NCBI GenBank assembly: GCA_049609265.1
Contig: JBMYYI010000005.1
Location: 1,446-65,445 of the forward strand
Reading direction: 5' to 3'
Origin: Litorivicinus sp.
GTDB taxonomy: Bacteria > Pseudomonadota > Gammaproteobacteria > Pseudomonadales > Litorivicinaceae
Length of the DNA: 64,000 nt
In this document: piece by piece, positions 1 through 9,879 of the stretch
Layout of the letters: each line of letters opens with the position of its first letter
How positions within the stretch are numbered: the stretch's first letter is position 1
Program-made: the position numbers and the translations under genes
Notes under the pieces: generated by a model
Seen by the model: only the letters and a program-made list of their open reading frames with translations
The model's database searches: none
Told to the model about the DNA's origin: nothing

Positions 1-742
1 GCTCATAGACGTGCAAGTAATCCATGGCCTGAGGGAAAAGTTCGGCGACCCATCGCAGTTCACCCTCGTTCTCGCTCAAATGAGTTTGCATCAAGGCATC
101 GGGATAGGCATCCCACAGGGCTGCGCAAGCGGCCAACTGATCGGGGGTGCTGGTTGGCGCAAAGCGCGGCGTTATGGCGTACTGCAACCGGTCGACACCC
201 TGCCACTTTTGCAGCAACGACTCGCTCTCTTGATAGCCGGAGATAGCGGTATCGCGCAGATTTTCTGGGCAATTTCGATCCATCAAAACCTTGCCGGTGG
301 CCAGTCGAACACCGCGCCGCTTGGCCTGTTGGAATAACGCTTCGGCCGATGCGGAATGAACCGTGGCAAAGACCGCTGACCCCGTCGTTCCATAGGCCAG
401 CGATTGGTCCAAGTACATCGCCGCCTGGGCTTGGGCGTAATCAAAGTCGCTGTACTTAGACTCTTCTGGGAAGGTATAGCGCTCAAGCCACTCCAATAAG
501 GCCTCACCGTGGCTTGCAATAATCGGCAGCTGCGGATAGTGAACATGCGCATCAATCAGCCCCGGCATCAACCAGCAACCTCGATGATCAATTACCTCGG
601 CCGCCGGGTAGCGCCGCTTTAAATCCTCCGCATCACCGCGCTCAACGATACGACCCTGATGCAGCACCAACGCGCCGCGGGCCTCATCGATCAGCTCACC
701 CTCATCATCAAAAGCGATCCAATGCCCCAGTAGTAACTTCAT
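1..742 (-). CDS. guaD: guanine deaminase (N-terminal ~247 codons; 3' end lies outside the window)
   Basis: I translated the minus strand from the ATG at 742. The ORF track omits it because it has no stop inside the window. Translation: MKLLLGHWIAFDDEGELIDEARGALVLHQGRIVERG...WLMPGLIDAHVHYPQ...MQTHLSENEGE. It carries the amidohydrolase HxH metal motif and an HLSEN motif typical of guanine deaminase. The start forms an ATGA overlap with the xdhC stop, and the frame is open to position 1. Confidence 0.85.
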   Translation of the reverse strand, partial: MKLLLGHWIAFDDEGELIDEARGALVLHQGRIVERGDAEDLKRRYPAAEVIDHRGCWLMPGLIDAHVHYPQLPIIASHGEALLEWLERYTFPEESKYSDFDYAQAQAAMYLDQSLAYGTTGSAVFATVHSASAEALFQQAKRRGVRLATGKVLMDRNCPENLRDTAISGYQESESLLQKWQGVDRLQYAITPRFAPTSTPDQLAACAALWDAYPDALMQTHLSENEGELRWVAELFPQAMDYLHVYE

Positions 743-1509
743 AACACTTCAATCCGGTCCAATAACACCTGATGCAGAAGGCTTAGGGCGACGACACCCG
801 GCTCTTTTCCCAAACTTTTTTGCCCGATCGGGCAGGTGATCGGCGTTGGATCTATGCCCAGTTTTCGCAGGCGGCTAGCAAAGCTAGCCCCTTTGCTATG
901 CGACCCCAACAAACCCAAAAAGCCCGGCGGTGAAGTGAGGTAATGCTGGCACAGCTCAAAATCCAAGGCATGAGAGTGCGTCATAATGATGACCGAGTCA
1001 GGAAAATTGCTGGGCGTCTGCGCACTGCACGAGACGCCTTCCGGCCAATCGAAAGCCAAGTACTCTGGGCGTGGGTCCACCACCTGGAGCTGGATAGGCA
1101 AAGGCCCGACCAAACTGGCCAACGCCCGACAGACATGGCCGGCCCCATGAACTCGTAGTCGTATGTGGTTGTCCGCAGGCATGAACACATAGCCGCTGGG
1201 AAGACGATCGAGCGAACACAGGTCTGGAGCAGGCCAGAATTCCATGCGCACCCAACCGCCACAACACTGATTCATCAGAGTGCCCAGGTTGTAAGCGCGC
1301 TCCAGCGGATCGCGACACTCGCGGGCCAGCTGCATGACCTGATGTTCAAGCGCCCCGCCACCGACGGATCCGACCTGTGTCGTGGCACCCACCACCATCC
1401 AAGCCCCTTCGCTGCGCGGCGTGGACCCTTTGGCCTGCGTAATCACGACCAAACAGGCGGACGGTTCGGCGCGCAATAACGCCAGTCCTTCGCGCTCAAA
1501 TCGAATCAC
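739..1509 (-). CDS. xdhC: xanthine dehydrogenase accessory/maturation protein XdhC
   Basis: 256-aa ORF directly downstream of xdhB with a 4-nt overlap. Size and position match XdhC, and it has a Rossmann-like HGAGHV segment. Confidence 0.8.
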   Translation of the reverse strand: MIRFEREGLALLRAEPSACLVVITQAKGSTPRSEGAWMVVGATTQVGSVGGGALEHQVMQLARECRDPLERAYNLGTLMNQCCGGWVRMEFWPAPDLCSLDRLPSGYVFMPADNHIRLRVHGAGHVCRALASLVGPLPIQLQVVDPRPEYLAFDWPEGVSCSAQTPSNFPDSVIIMTHSHALDFELCQHYLTSPPGFLGLLGSHSKGASFASRLRKLGIDPTPITCPIGQKSLGKEPGVVALSLLHQVLLDRIEVL

Positions 1510-3770
1510 AGTGCCATCAACAACCGCTCGGCAGTGGCCGGGGCATCCAACTGTGGGTATTTATCGCCGGTAATCGCGTGCTCCAGCGCAAAAAACGCTG
1601 ACATCCCGAGCATCAAAGGCGGCTCGCCCACAGCTTTTGAACGCTTGATAGTGAGTTCTCGGTTTTCGCCTGCGGCCCAAATCTGCGCCCTGAAATCCGG
1701 CGGCGTATCACTGGCGCAGGGGATTTTGTAGGTTGAGGGAGCATGGGTCATCAGCCGCCCTTGGTCATTCCAAACCAGCTCCTCTAGGGTCAACCAACCC
1801 GCACCCTGAACATACCCGCCTTCGATTTGGCCCAAATCAATCGCCGGGTTAATTGAGCGTCCGCAGTCATGCAGAATATCCACGCGCTGGATTTGATTTT
1901 CGCCCGTCATCGTATCGACACTCACTTCGGTGACCGCCGCCCCATAGGCAAAGTAATAAAACGGCCGGCCATTCGCCTGCGCTCGGTCCCAGTGGATATC
2001 GGGCGTGGCATAAAAGCCAGTCGAGGATAACGAGATCCGATTGAAATAGGCCTGATGAACCAACTCGGCAAAGCTCCACTGCTGACCAGGAGCGCTGATC
2101 TGCTCACTGCCCCAAAGGATTTCGCCCACCGAGCACTGGCCTTGCTGCGCTGCAAATTCGATCAATCGCGTACGAAGGGTTTGGCAGGCAGCTGCCACCG
2201 CCTGGCCATTCATATCCGTCCCGGAACTGGCCGCTGTGGCTGAGGTGTTGGGTACCTTATCCGTCTGGGTTTGGGTCACTCGAATACGCCGCAAGCCCAC
2301 ACCCAACTCGCTGGCGGCGATCTGTGCAATTTTGGTGTACAAACCCTGCCCCATTTCGATCCCGCCATGATTGACCTGAATCGAGCCATCCTCGTAGATG
2401 TGAACCAGCGCACCAGCCTGGTTTAAGTGGCGCGTCGTGAACGAGATGCCAAATTTAACCGGCGTCAGGCTAATCCCTCGGCGCACGATCGGATCAGTCC
2501 GATTATGGCTTTCAATCGCCGCGCGACGGGCGTGATACTGCGAACTTTCCACCAACTCATCGACCAGGGGATCAAGCACCGAGTCGCGCACCTCCATTCC
2601 ATAATGAGTAGGCTGGCACCGTGGTGGCGCCGGGTAAAAGTTCGCCTTGCGAACGGCCAGCGGATCCAGCTGACAGGCATGGGCGACTTCCTCGATGACG
2701 CGCTCCATCCCTAGCATGCCCTGCGGCCCGCCAAATCCACGAAACGCTGTGGCGCTGACCGTGTGCGTTTTGTAACGCAAGCTGTCGACCTGCAAATGCT
2801 CAATGGCGTAGGCATTGTCCGCGTGGAACATCGCACGATCCGCAATCGCGGCACTCAAATCCATCGAATGACCGCAGCGCACATGCTGAGTCACGCACAG
2901 TGCTCGAATCTTGCCGTTGGGTTCAAAACCAACCTGATAATCAATCCGGAAGTCGTGGCGCTTGCCGGTCATTCGCATATCGTGGTCGCGATCCAGCACC
3001 CATTTCACGGGCCGATTTAAGTCCACAGCCACCAAGGCCGCGGCGGCGGCAACGCCGTTACCCTGGCTTTCTTTGCCTCCAAATCCGCCACCCAAACGGC
3101 ACACCTGAACGTCGACCTGATGCTGCGGCAGTCCCAACACCCGGGCGACCACATGCTGAATCTCGGTCGGGTGCTGGGTGGATGACAGGACCCGTACCCC
3201 GCCCTCACCATCGGGGTACACCGCAGCGCCCTGACCCTCTAAATAAAAATGGTCCTGGCCACCTAGCGTAATAGATCCAGAGCGCTGCATCGGTGCTTTG
3301 GAAAGCTCCGCCGGGGCGTCGCCTTTGGCCATCTGGTACGGCGCTTGGATTAGATTGGCACTGGCAATGGCTTGCTCCAGCGTGATGATGGCGGGTAGCT
3401 CACGGTACTCCACCTGGGCTTTGCTGGCTGCGTGCAGGGCCTGGGCTCGACTGGACGCAACCACCACAGCAATCAGCTGCCCCTCATACTCGACACCATC
3501 ATCAGCGAACAGTCGATCGTCACCGGCTACCGGGCTTACATCGTTGCTGCCTCTCAGGTTTGAAGCATCGTAGACCCCAATAACACCGGGGCATTCCAGA
3601 ACCTGGCGGTAATCACACCCTAGGATCTCAGCATGCGCCACGTCACTTAGAATCGGTGCCAGATGAAGCGTATTGACCGCTTCGGGCTCGTCATCCAAAT
3701 AACGGGCGCGTCCACTAACGTGGCTGAGCGCACTTTCATGGGCGCGAGATCGATCAAGGCTATCGGTCAT
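1506..3770 (-). CDS. xdhB: xanthine dehydrogenase molybdopterin-binding subunit
   Basis: 754 aa with a GGGFGGKE motif and the aldehyde oxidase/xanthine dehydrogenase a/b hammerhead and MoCo-binding layout. Overlaps xdhA by 4 nt. Confidence 0.95.
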   Translation of the reverse strand: MTDSLDRSRAHESALSHVSGRARYLDDEPEAVNTLHLAPILSDVAHAEILGCDYRQVLECPGVIGVYDASNLRGSNDVSPVAGDDRLFADDGVEYEGQLIAVVVASSRAQALHAASKAQVEYRELPAIITLEQAIASANLIQAPYQMAKGDAPAELSKAPMQRSGSITLGGQDHFYLEGQGAAVYPDGEGGVRVLSSTQHPTEIQHVVARVLGLPQHQVDVQVCRLGGGFGGKESQGNGVAAAAALVAVDLNRPVKWVLDRDHDMRMTGKRHDFRIDYQVGFEPNGKIRALCVTQHVRCGHSMDLSAAIADRAMFHADNAYAIEHLQVDSLRYKTHTVSATAFRGFGGPQGMLGMERVIEEVAHACQLDPLAVRKANFYPAPPRCQPTHYGMEVRDSVLDPLVDELVESSQYHARRAAIESHNRTDPIVRRGISLTPVKFGISFTTRHLNQAGALVHIYEDGSIQVNHGGIEMGQGLYTKIAQIAASELGVGLRRIRVTQTQTDKVPNTSATAASSGTDMNGQAVAAACQTLRTRLIEFAAQQGQCSVGEILWGSEQISAPGQQWSFAELVHQAYFNRISLSSTGFYATPDIHWDRAQANGRPFYYFAYGAAVTEVSVDTMTGENQIQRVDILHDCGRSINPAIDLGQIEGGYVQGAGWLTLEELVWNDQGRLMTHAPSTYKIPCASDTPPDFRAQIWAAGENRELTIKRSKAVGEPPLMLGMSAFFALEHAITGDKYPQLDAPATAERLLMAL

Positions 3771-5110
3771 GCCGGCCGCTCCAATAAATCCATCAGGCCG
3801 CGCTTAACCATGCCCTGAGCCGCCTTCATCCGGTACTCGGCACTGGCTCGCGCATCCGACAGGGGCTGAAAATCCTGCGCCAACACCGAGAAGTCGATGT
3901 GCTCCAAGGGCTTTCCGTTGATCTCTTGCTCAAGGTGGTGTGCACGCTTAGGAATACCTGCCATCCCGCCCATCGCCACGATCGGGTCGAGCAGCCGGCC
4001 GTCTTGCACCCGGCCACTGAGGCCTAGGCTGACGGCCGAAATATCCTGGTCAGCACGCTTTGAAAGCTTGGCGCAATGCAATCGACGGTCTGTTTTGGGA
4101 ATATCGATACGGATCAAAAGCTCGTCCGAGGCGAGATCCTGAACGCCGTATTCAACAAAGAAATTCTGCAAATTCACGCTGCGCGAACCCGCGGTATTCG
4201 CCAAAACCACCTGCGCCTGCAACGCGATGAGCATCGGTGGCATATCCCCAATCGGCGATCCGTTGGCCAAGTTGCCACCCAGGGTGCCTGCGGCCCGAAC
4301 TTGCGTTGATCCGATACGCTTAAGGTAACGCTCGCTTTGCGGCCAAGTCTGAATCAACAGCGGCAGCGCGGCGGCGTATGTCACAATAGCGCCACATTCG
4401 ATACGCTCAGGGGTCTGGCGTATTTCAGCAAGTGAAGCCACCTCGTGCAGCATCAAAACTTGCTCAAAGCGCTGCTGACGCTTGGTTATCCATAAACCGA
4501 CATCGGTGTTACCTGCCACGACCTGCGCATCGGGGTGGCGCGCACGTAGCTGCAAGGCCTCCTCTAGGGTTTTCGGGTGCCACTCATGAGTCGGGGCGTT
4601 TAGCGTCAACAGCCCCTGGCGCAAGGATTCAAACGACTGCTTGGGCAGGGTCTCAAGCCCCATTGCAACCCGAATGAGCCCTTGATACCCCGTACAACGA
4701 CATAGATTGCCCGCGATCAAATCACAGGCCTCTTGGCGGTTCGCCGGCGGCGCCGCATTGATGCCGTAATACAGGCTCATGACAAACCCAGGGGTGCAAA
4801 AGCCACACTGACTGGCATGCTGTTCAACCAGTTGCTCGTGCAGCTGTGTATGTTTAACACCCTCGATGGTAATCAGGGCACGACCGTTCAAACGCATCAA
4901 CAGCTGGATACAGGTGTTCACGGGCGACAGCACCACCTGATCCTCGACCCACTCGGCCATGACGGCGGTACAGGCGCCACAGTCACCCTCCCCGCAGCCT
5001 TCCTTTGAGCCAACATGCCCCTGGGATCGCAGCCAATTCAGGGTGGTGGTGTGCGGATCGCTGACAGACGTCCGGACAGGCTGGCCGTTGAGTAAGAACG
5101 CAATATCCAT
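3767..5110 (-). CDS. xdhA: xanthine dehydrogenase small subunit (2Fe-2S + FAD-binding)
   Basis: 447 aa with CGEGDCGACTAV and CRCTGY 2Fe-2S motifs, followed by a VVAGNTDVGLW FAD-binding segment. Confidence 0.95.
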   Translation of the reverse strand: MDIAFLLNGQPVRTSVSDPHTTTLNWLRSQGHVGSKEGCGEGDCGACTAVMAEWVEDQVVLSPVNTCIQLLMRLNGRALITIEGVKHTQLHEQLVEQHASQCGFCTPGFVMSLYYGINAAPPANRQEACDLIAGNLCRCTGYQGLIRVAMGLETLPKQSFESLRQGLLTLNAPTHEWHPKTLEEALQLRARHPDAQVVAGNTDVGLWITKRQQRFEQVLMLHEVASLAEIRQTPERIECGAIVTYAAALPLLIQTWPQSERYLKRIGSTQVRAAGTLGGNLANGSPIGDMPPMLIALQAQVVLANTAGSRSVNLQNFFVEYGVQDLASDELLIRIDIPKTDRRLHCAKLSKRADQDISAVSLGLSGRVQDGRLLDPIVAMGGMAGIPKRAHHLEQEINGKPLEHIDFSVLAQDFQPLSDARASAEYRMKAAQGMVKRGLMDLLERPA

Positions 5111-5137
5111 GTTTTGATCCTAGGCTGATCAACAGGC

Positions 5138-5168
5138 AAAAAAAAGCCCCGACTAACCGGGGCTTTTT
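5138..5168 (-). terminator. rho-independent terminator after the BMP binding-protein gene
   Basis: GCCCCG/CGGGGC stem flanked by A8 on one side and T5 on the other. Read on the minus strand, the hairpin is followed by a U8 run, 15 nt after the stop at 5183. Confidence 0.75.
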
Positions 5169-5182
5169 GACAGTATTTTTAA

Positions 5183-6247
5183 TTAGTTAGGAACACTGCC
5201 TTCGATACCTTCAACGTAGAAGTCCATGCCTAGCAAAGTGCCGTCATCTGCGGTTTCACCTGCTTTCAGCCAGACACTGCCGTCTTGCTTGTTAACCGGA
5301 CCCGTGAAGGAGTGCAGGTTGCCGTTAGCGATGTTGTCACGAATCTCCAGAGCGCGCGCTTGCAGCTCAGCGGGGACTGCGTCACCGAAGGGAGCCAACG
5401 CGACCATGCCGGTATCGAAACCACCCCAGGTGTCCGTGCTTTCCCAAGTGCCGTCCAACACTTTACCCACCTGCTGAACGTAGTAGGGACGCCAGTCATC
5501 AATGATGCCGGTCAACTGAGCGTTGGGGCCAAAGTTTTTCATGTCAGACGCCTGACCAAACGCGAAGATGCCTTCTTGCTCAGCAATTTGCATCGGCGCA
5601 CCTGAGTCGGTGTGTTGCATCAGGATGTCCGCGCCCTGGTCGATCAAAGCCTTAGCCGCGTCTGCTTCCTTGCCCGGGTCGAACCAGCTGTTAACCCAAA
5701 CAATCTTGATTTGGACGTCAGGGTTCACCTTTTTCGCCGCCAAAAACGCAGCATTGATACCGCGGATGACTTCAGGGATCGGGAACGAAGCGATGTAACC
5801 AATGGTGTTGGTCTTGGTCATCTCGCCTGCAATGGTGCCCAGTACGGTGCGGCCTTCGTAAAAGCGTGAGCCGTAGGTAGCGACGTTCTTGGCACGCTTA
5901 AATCCAGTCGCGTGTTCGAACTTTACGTTGGGGAAACGCTTGGCAACCTTCACCGTGGGGTTCATAAATCCAAAGCTGGTGGTGAACACGATGTCGTTTT
6001 GCTGGGCCAACTGAGTGATCACACGCTCAGAGTCAGGGCCTTCAGATACGCTTTCAACGTAAGTGGTCTCGACCTTATCACCAAAGGCCTCTTCCACTGC
6101 GATACGTCCCTGATCGTGCTCATAGGTCCAACCGCCGTCTGACACCGGGCCGACGTATACAAAACCTACTTTGACTTTGTCAGCCATCGCAGACGTGCTC
6201 AGCAGTGCACCTGCCGCGGCAGCTGCCATCCATTTCTTTAATTGCAT
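5183..6247 (-). CDS. BMP-family (PnrA/Med-like) ABC transporter substrate-binding protein, probably for a purine or nucleoside
   Basis: 354 aa with a signal peptide (MQLKKWMAAAAAGALLSTSAMA). The KVGFVYVGPVSDGGWTYEHDQG start is typical of the BMP family. It sits next to matching permeases and a duplicated ATPase. Confidence 0.9.
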   Translation of the reverse strand: MQLKKWMAAAAAGALLSTSAMADKVKVGFVYVGPVSDGGWTYEHDQGRIAVEEAFGDKVETTYVESVSEGPDSERVITQLAQQNDIVFTTSFGFMNPTVKVAKRFPNVKFEHATGFKRAKNVATYGSRFYEGRTVLGTIAGEMTKTNTIGYIASFPIPEVIRGINAAFLAAKKVNPDVQIKIVWVNSWFDPGKEADAAKALIDQGADILMQHTDSGAPMQIAEQEGIFAFGQASDMKNFGPNAQLTGIIDDWRPYYVQQVGKVLDGTWESTDTWGGFDTGMVALAPFGDAVPAELQARALEIRDNIANGNLHSFTGPVNKQDGSVWLKAGETADDGTLLGMDFYVEGIEGSVPN

Positions 6248-6273
6248 TGAGAGTATCCCCTTGATTGAGATCG

Positions 6274-7200
6274 TTAGTGAGTCACTTTAAAGGTCTGACC
6301 CAGAGCCCTAGGCGCACCGGAGCGAGCCTGAATTCCCTTGGCTGAGATAACCGTTAAGACGATTACCGTTGCCAAGTACGGCAGCATAGACAATATCTGG
6401 GAAGGGATCGAAATGCCAAATCCCTGCACGTGTAATTGAATAATGGTGATGCCACCAAACAAGTAGGCCCCCAGCAACACCCGCCCCACTTTCCAGCTGG
6501 CGAACACCACTAAGGCCAGCGCGATCCAACCCCGTCCCGCTGTCATATTTTCTACAAATAACGGCGTTTGAACAATCGAAAGATACGCACCACCGATACC
6601 TGCCAAAGCGCCACCGGCACAGGCCGCCGCGAATCGGATCGCGACCACGTTATAGCCAATGGCGTGAGCCGCATCATGATCGTCGCCCACCGCCCTGACG
6701 ATCAGGCCGGCGCGGGTCGAGCGAAAGAACCAGGCAAGCGCCGCAGCTGTGGCAAGTGACAAATAAATCATGATGTCATGTGAAAACAACAACGCACCTA
6801 GGATCGGAATATCCGAGAGAACCGGGATTGAGATCTTGCCAAAGGCACCGGCGGACAAGCCGACAAACTGCGAGCCCACCAAGGCGCTGAGCCCCAGGCC
6901 AAACAACGTGAGCGCCAGACCGGTCGCAACCGCGTTGGCGTACATAACCAGGGTCAAGAAACCAAACAGGGCCGCCATGGCCGCGCCAGCCGCGGCCGCA
7001 GCGGCAAATCCCAAAACCCCACCGCCGCCTGAGATCACCACGGCGAAACCCACCACGGCGCCCATGATCATCATGCCCTCAACCCCAAGGTTGAGAACAC
7101 CGGCTCGCTCGGAAACCAGCTCACCCAGAGCTGCGAAAACCAGGGGCGTCGAGGCGATAATGATCGACTGGAAGGCCGGAATCAGAAACCCATAGTCCAT
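6274..7200 (-). CDS. ABC transporter permease (BMP/ribose-type)
   Basis: Polytopic hydrophobic protein. I prefer the ATG at 7200 (MDYGFLIPAF...), which forms a TAATG junction with the upstream permease stop, over the GTG at 7215 given in the ORF track. Confidence 0.85.
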   Translation of the reverse strand: MDYGFLIPAFQSIIIASTPLVFAALGELVSERAGVLNLGVEGMMIMGAVVGFAVVISGGGGVLGFAAAAAAGAAMAALFGFLTLVMYANAVATGLALTLFGLGLSALVGSQFVGLSAGAFGKISIPVLSDIPILGALLFSHDIMIYLSLATAAALAWFFRSTRAGLIVRAVGDDHDAAHAIGYNVVAIRFAAACAGGALAGIGGAYLSIVQTPLFVENMTAGRGWIALALVVFASWKVGRVLLGAYLFGGITIIQLHVQGFGISIPSQILSMLPYLATVIVLTVISAKGIQARSGAPRALGQTFKVTH

Positions 7201-8258
7201 TATTTTCGACCCCACACAATCTTGTATTCACTGATCACGGCACACCCCAGCAAAAAGAAAAGCAACATCCCCTGGAAGACGCCCGTCACCGCATTAGGAA
7301 GGCCCAAACTGATTTGGGCGTTCTCGCCACCCATGTAGGACAACGCCATCAACAACCCTGCCGGAACAATGCCTAACGGGCTCAATCGTCCCAAAAACGC
7401 CACAATGATCGCGGTAAATCCGTAACCCGGGCTGATCACCGGAACCAGCTGGCCCACGCTACCGGAGACTTCCATCATCCCCGCCAAGCCCGCCAGCCCT
7501 CCGGATAGGGCAAAGCTGAGCCAAACCAATTTTGCCTGGCTGAAACCGGCGAAACGCGCAGCTCGGGGCGCCTGGCCCTGCACCCTAAGTTGGAAACCCA
7601 GCAAATGCCGTGCAATCAAATAACTGCCCACCGGAGCCAATACCAGGGCGATGACAAAACCGATGTGCGCGCGACCTTGCTCAAACAAGGTGGGCAACAG
7701 GGCTGCATCGTGAAACAAGCGAGACTCAGGAAAGTTGAACCCATCGGGATCCTTGAGCGGGCCATGCACCATCAGGCTTAAAAACAAACCGGCCACATAG
7801 GTCAGCATCAAACTGGTAAGAATTTCATTGGTGTTAAATCGAGTCTTTAGCAGCGCGGGGACAGCACCCCAGACCAGACCACCGACGATGCCGGCAACGG
7901 CCATCGCAGGCAGCACCCAGAGCGACTCCACATCGTACAGTGCCAGCGCAACAGCACCGGCACAAACACCACCCATCACCAGCTGACCCTCAGCACCGAT
8001 ATTCCAAATACCGGCACGAAAACCAAACGACAGACCAATGCCAATGAGAATCAAAGGGGTGGCTTTTAGCAGCAGTTCCGAAACGCCATACAGGGTGCTG
8101 ACGGGCTGGATAAAAAACACCGTCAATGCTTCGATCGGATCGGTCCCCAGCGACAGAAACATCATACTGCTGAACACTAGGGTCAAACCAATAGCAATCA
8201 CGGGTGATGCCCAGTCCAGCCAGGCTTTGCGCGACTCCCGCGCCTGCAGATACATCAT
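7200..8258 (-). CDS. ABC transporter permease (BMP/ribose-type)
   Basis: 352-aa polytopic membrane protein. Overlaps the ATPase gene by 4 nt. Confidence 0.85.
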   Translation of the reverse strand: MMYLQARESRKAWLDWASPVIAIGLTLVFSSMMFLSLGTDPIEALTVFFIQPVSTLYGVSELLLKATPLILIGIGLSFGFRAGIWNIGAEGQLVMGGVCAGAVALALYDVESLWVLPAMAVAGIVGGLVWGAVPALLKTRFNTNEILTSLMLTYVAGLFLSLMVHGPLKDPDGFNFPESRLFHDAALLPTLFEQGRAHIGFVIALVLAPVGSYLIARHLLGFQLRVQGQAPRAARFAGFSQAKLVWLSFALSGGLAGLAGMMEVSGSVGQLVPVISPGYGFTAIIVAFLGRLSPLGIVPAGLLMALSYMGGENAQISLGLPNAVTGVFQGMLLFFLLGCAVISEYKIVWGRK

Positions 8259-9760
8259 GCGGCCCCCAGCATCAGCTGGCCCAAACGCTCTGGCGAGGCC
8301 TCGGCCGCGGCAATCGGAGCACTCAAACGCCCTTCAAAAATCGCACACACTTGATTTGAGATCTCCAGCAGCTCATCCAGATCTTGGCTAATCACCACCA
8401 CGGCCGCGCCCTGCTTGGCCAACTCGACCAAGGCACTGCGAATACGAGCCGCCGCATGGGCATCGACGCCCCAGGTCGGTTGGGAGACCACAAAGACTTC
8501 GGGGTTCTGGAGCACTTCGCGGCCGACAACGAATTTTTGTAAATTGCCGCCGGATAAGCTCGCTGCGGGGGTGTCGGCAGACGGCGTTTTAACGTCGAAC
8601 GCTTTGATAATGTCCGCTGCAAAGGCTTTGATCGCTCCCGCTTGAATCCACTGCCCCGGGGCCAGCTGCTGTCGTTCACGCGCTGATAGCAACGTGTTTT
8701 CAGCCAAACTCATCGCCGGAGCCGCGGCGTGTCCGAGACGCTCCTCGGGACAACCACACAGGCCCAACGCGCGACGCCGACTCGCTCCCAGATGGGTCAC
8801 CTCTTGGGCGTCCATCCACAATTGGCCAGATTCGACCGCACGCTCGCCTAGCAATGCCTGAACCAACACTTCTTGACCGTTGCCGGCTACACCGGCGACG
8901 CCCAAAATTGATCCCGCTCGGGCCTGCAAATTGACGTCTTTGATCCCGACTCCAAAACTAGACTCTGAAGGCAGGGTCAACCCTTTTGCCTCAAGCCGAA
9001 CGTCGCCAAAGCTCTCAACCTCAGCTGCAGCGGCTGGCACCAAGCGCTCGCCGATCATCAACTCAGCCAGGGAGGTTGAAGTTTGAGTCGCCGGATCGCA
9101 GTGACCCACCACTTTCCCGCCACGCAGCAACGTGGCGTGATCGCACAGCGCGCGCACCTCATCCAACTTGTGGCTGATGTACAAAATGCTACGGCCCTCG
9201 GCGCGTAACCGGTGCAGGGTTTCAAATAGCCGCTCGACTTCTTGCGGCGTCAAAACCGAAGTGGGCTCATCCATGATCAGCAGTTTGGGGTCTTGTAGCA
9301 GGGCTCGGACAATTTCAACGCGCTGTCGCTCTCCCACGCTCAGATCGCCCACCCGACGGGTTGGGTCTAGGGGCAAGCCATAATTATTGGAGAGCTCGGC
9401 AACTCGGTCATGCAGGTGTCCCGCCGCGAGTTCCGGGGGAATGCCAAGCGCAACGTTTTCGGCCACGCTCAGCGCATCAAATAGTGAGAAGTGTTGAAAC
9501 ACCATGCCGACACCGGCAGCCCGTGCTTCAGCGGGTTTGGTCGGTGAAAAGGGCTGTCCGTCCAGTTGCAACCCCCCTGAATCGGGGCTCATGACGCCGT
9601 AGATCATTTTGACCAGCGTCGACTTGCCGGCACCGTTCTCGCCCAGCAACGCATGGATATGGCCGGGCGCGACGTCAAAACTGACATTATCGTTAGCAAT
9701 CACCCCGGGGAAGGCTTTGTGGATCGAGTCGACCCGAAGACGAGGTGTTAACTGCTCCAT
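8255..9760 (-). CDS. ABC transporter ATP-binding protein with duplicated ATPase domains
   Basis: 501 aa. Has Walker A GENGAGKST, a second P-loop-like GVAGNGQ, and signatures LSVGERQR and LSGGNLQK. Confidence 0.9.
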   Translation of the reverse strand: MEQLTPRLRVDSIHKAFPGVIANDNVSFDVAPGHIHALLGENGAGKSTLVKMIYGVMSPDSGGLQLDGQPFSPTKPAEARAAGVGMVFQHFSLFDALSVAENVALGIPPELAAGHLHDRVAELSNNYGLPLDPTRRVGDLSVGERQRVEIVRALLQDPKLLIMDEPTSVLTPQEVERLFETLHRLRAEGRSILYISHKLDEVRALCDHATLLRGGKVVGHCDPATQTSTSLAELMIGERLVPAAAAEVESFGDVRLEAKGLTLPSESSFGVGIKDVNLQARAGSILGVAGVAGNGQEVLVQALLGERAVESGQLWMDAQEVTHLGASRRRALGLCGCPEERLGHAAAPAMSLAENTLLSARERQQLAPGQWIQAGAIKAFAADIIKAFDVKTPSADTPAASLSGGNLQKFVVGREVLQNPEVFVVSQPTWGVDAHAAARIRSALVELAKQGAAVVVISQDLDELLEISNQVCAIFEGRLSAPIAAAEASPERLGQLMLGAA

Positions 9761-9879
9761 GCGCTTTCCAGATGCTGTTTTCGGCGTGTAGTCTACTCAA
9801 GTGACCCGACAGAATCACTAGCGCGTGCCAATTCTTTGAACGGTCCAAACCCAGTCCAAACTCAAACTCGCGGAAACCC

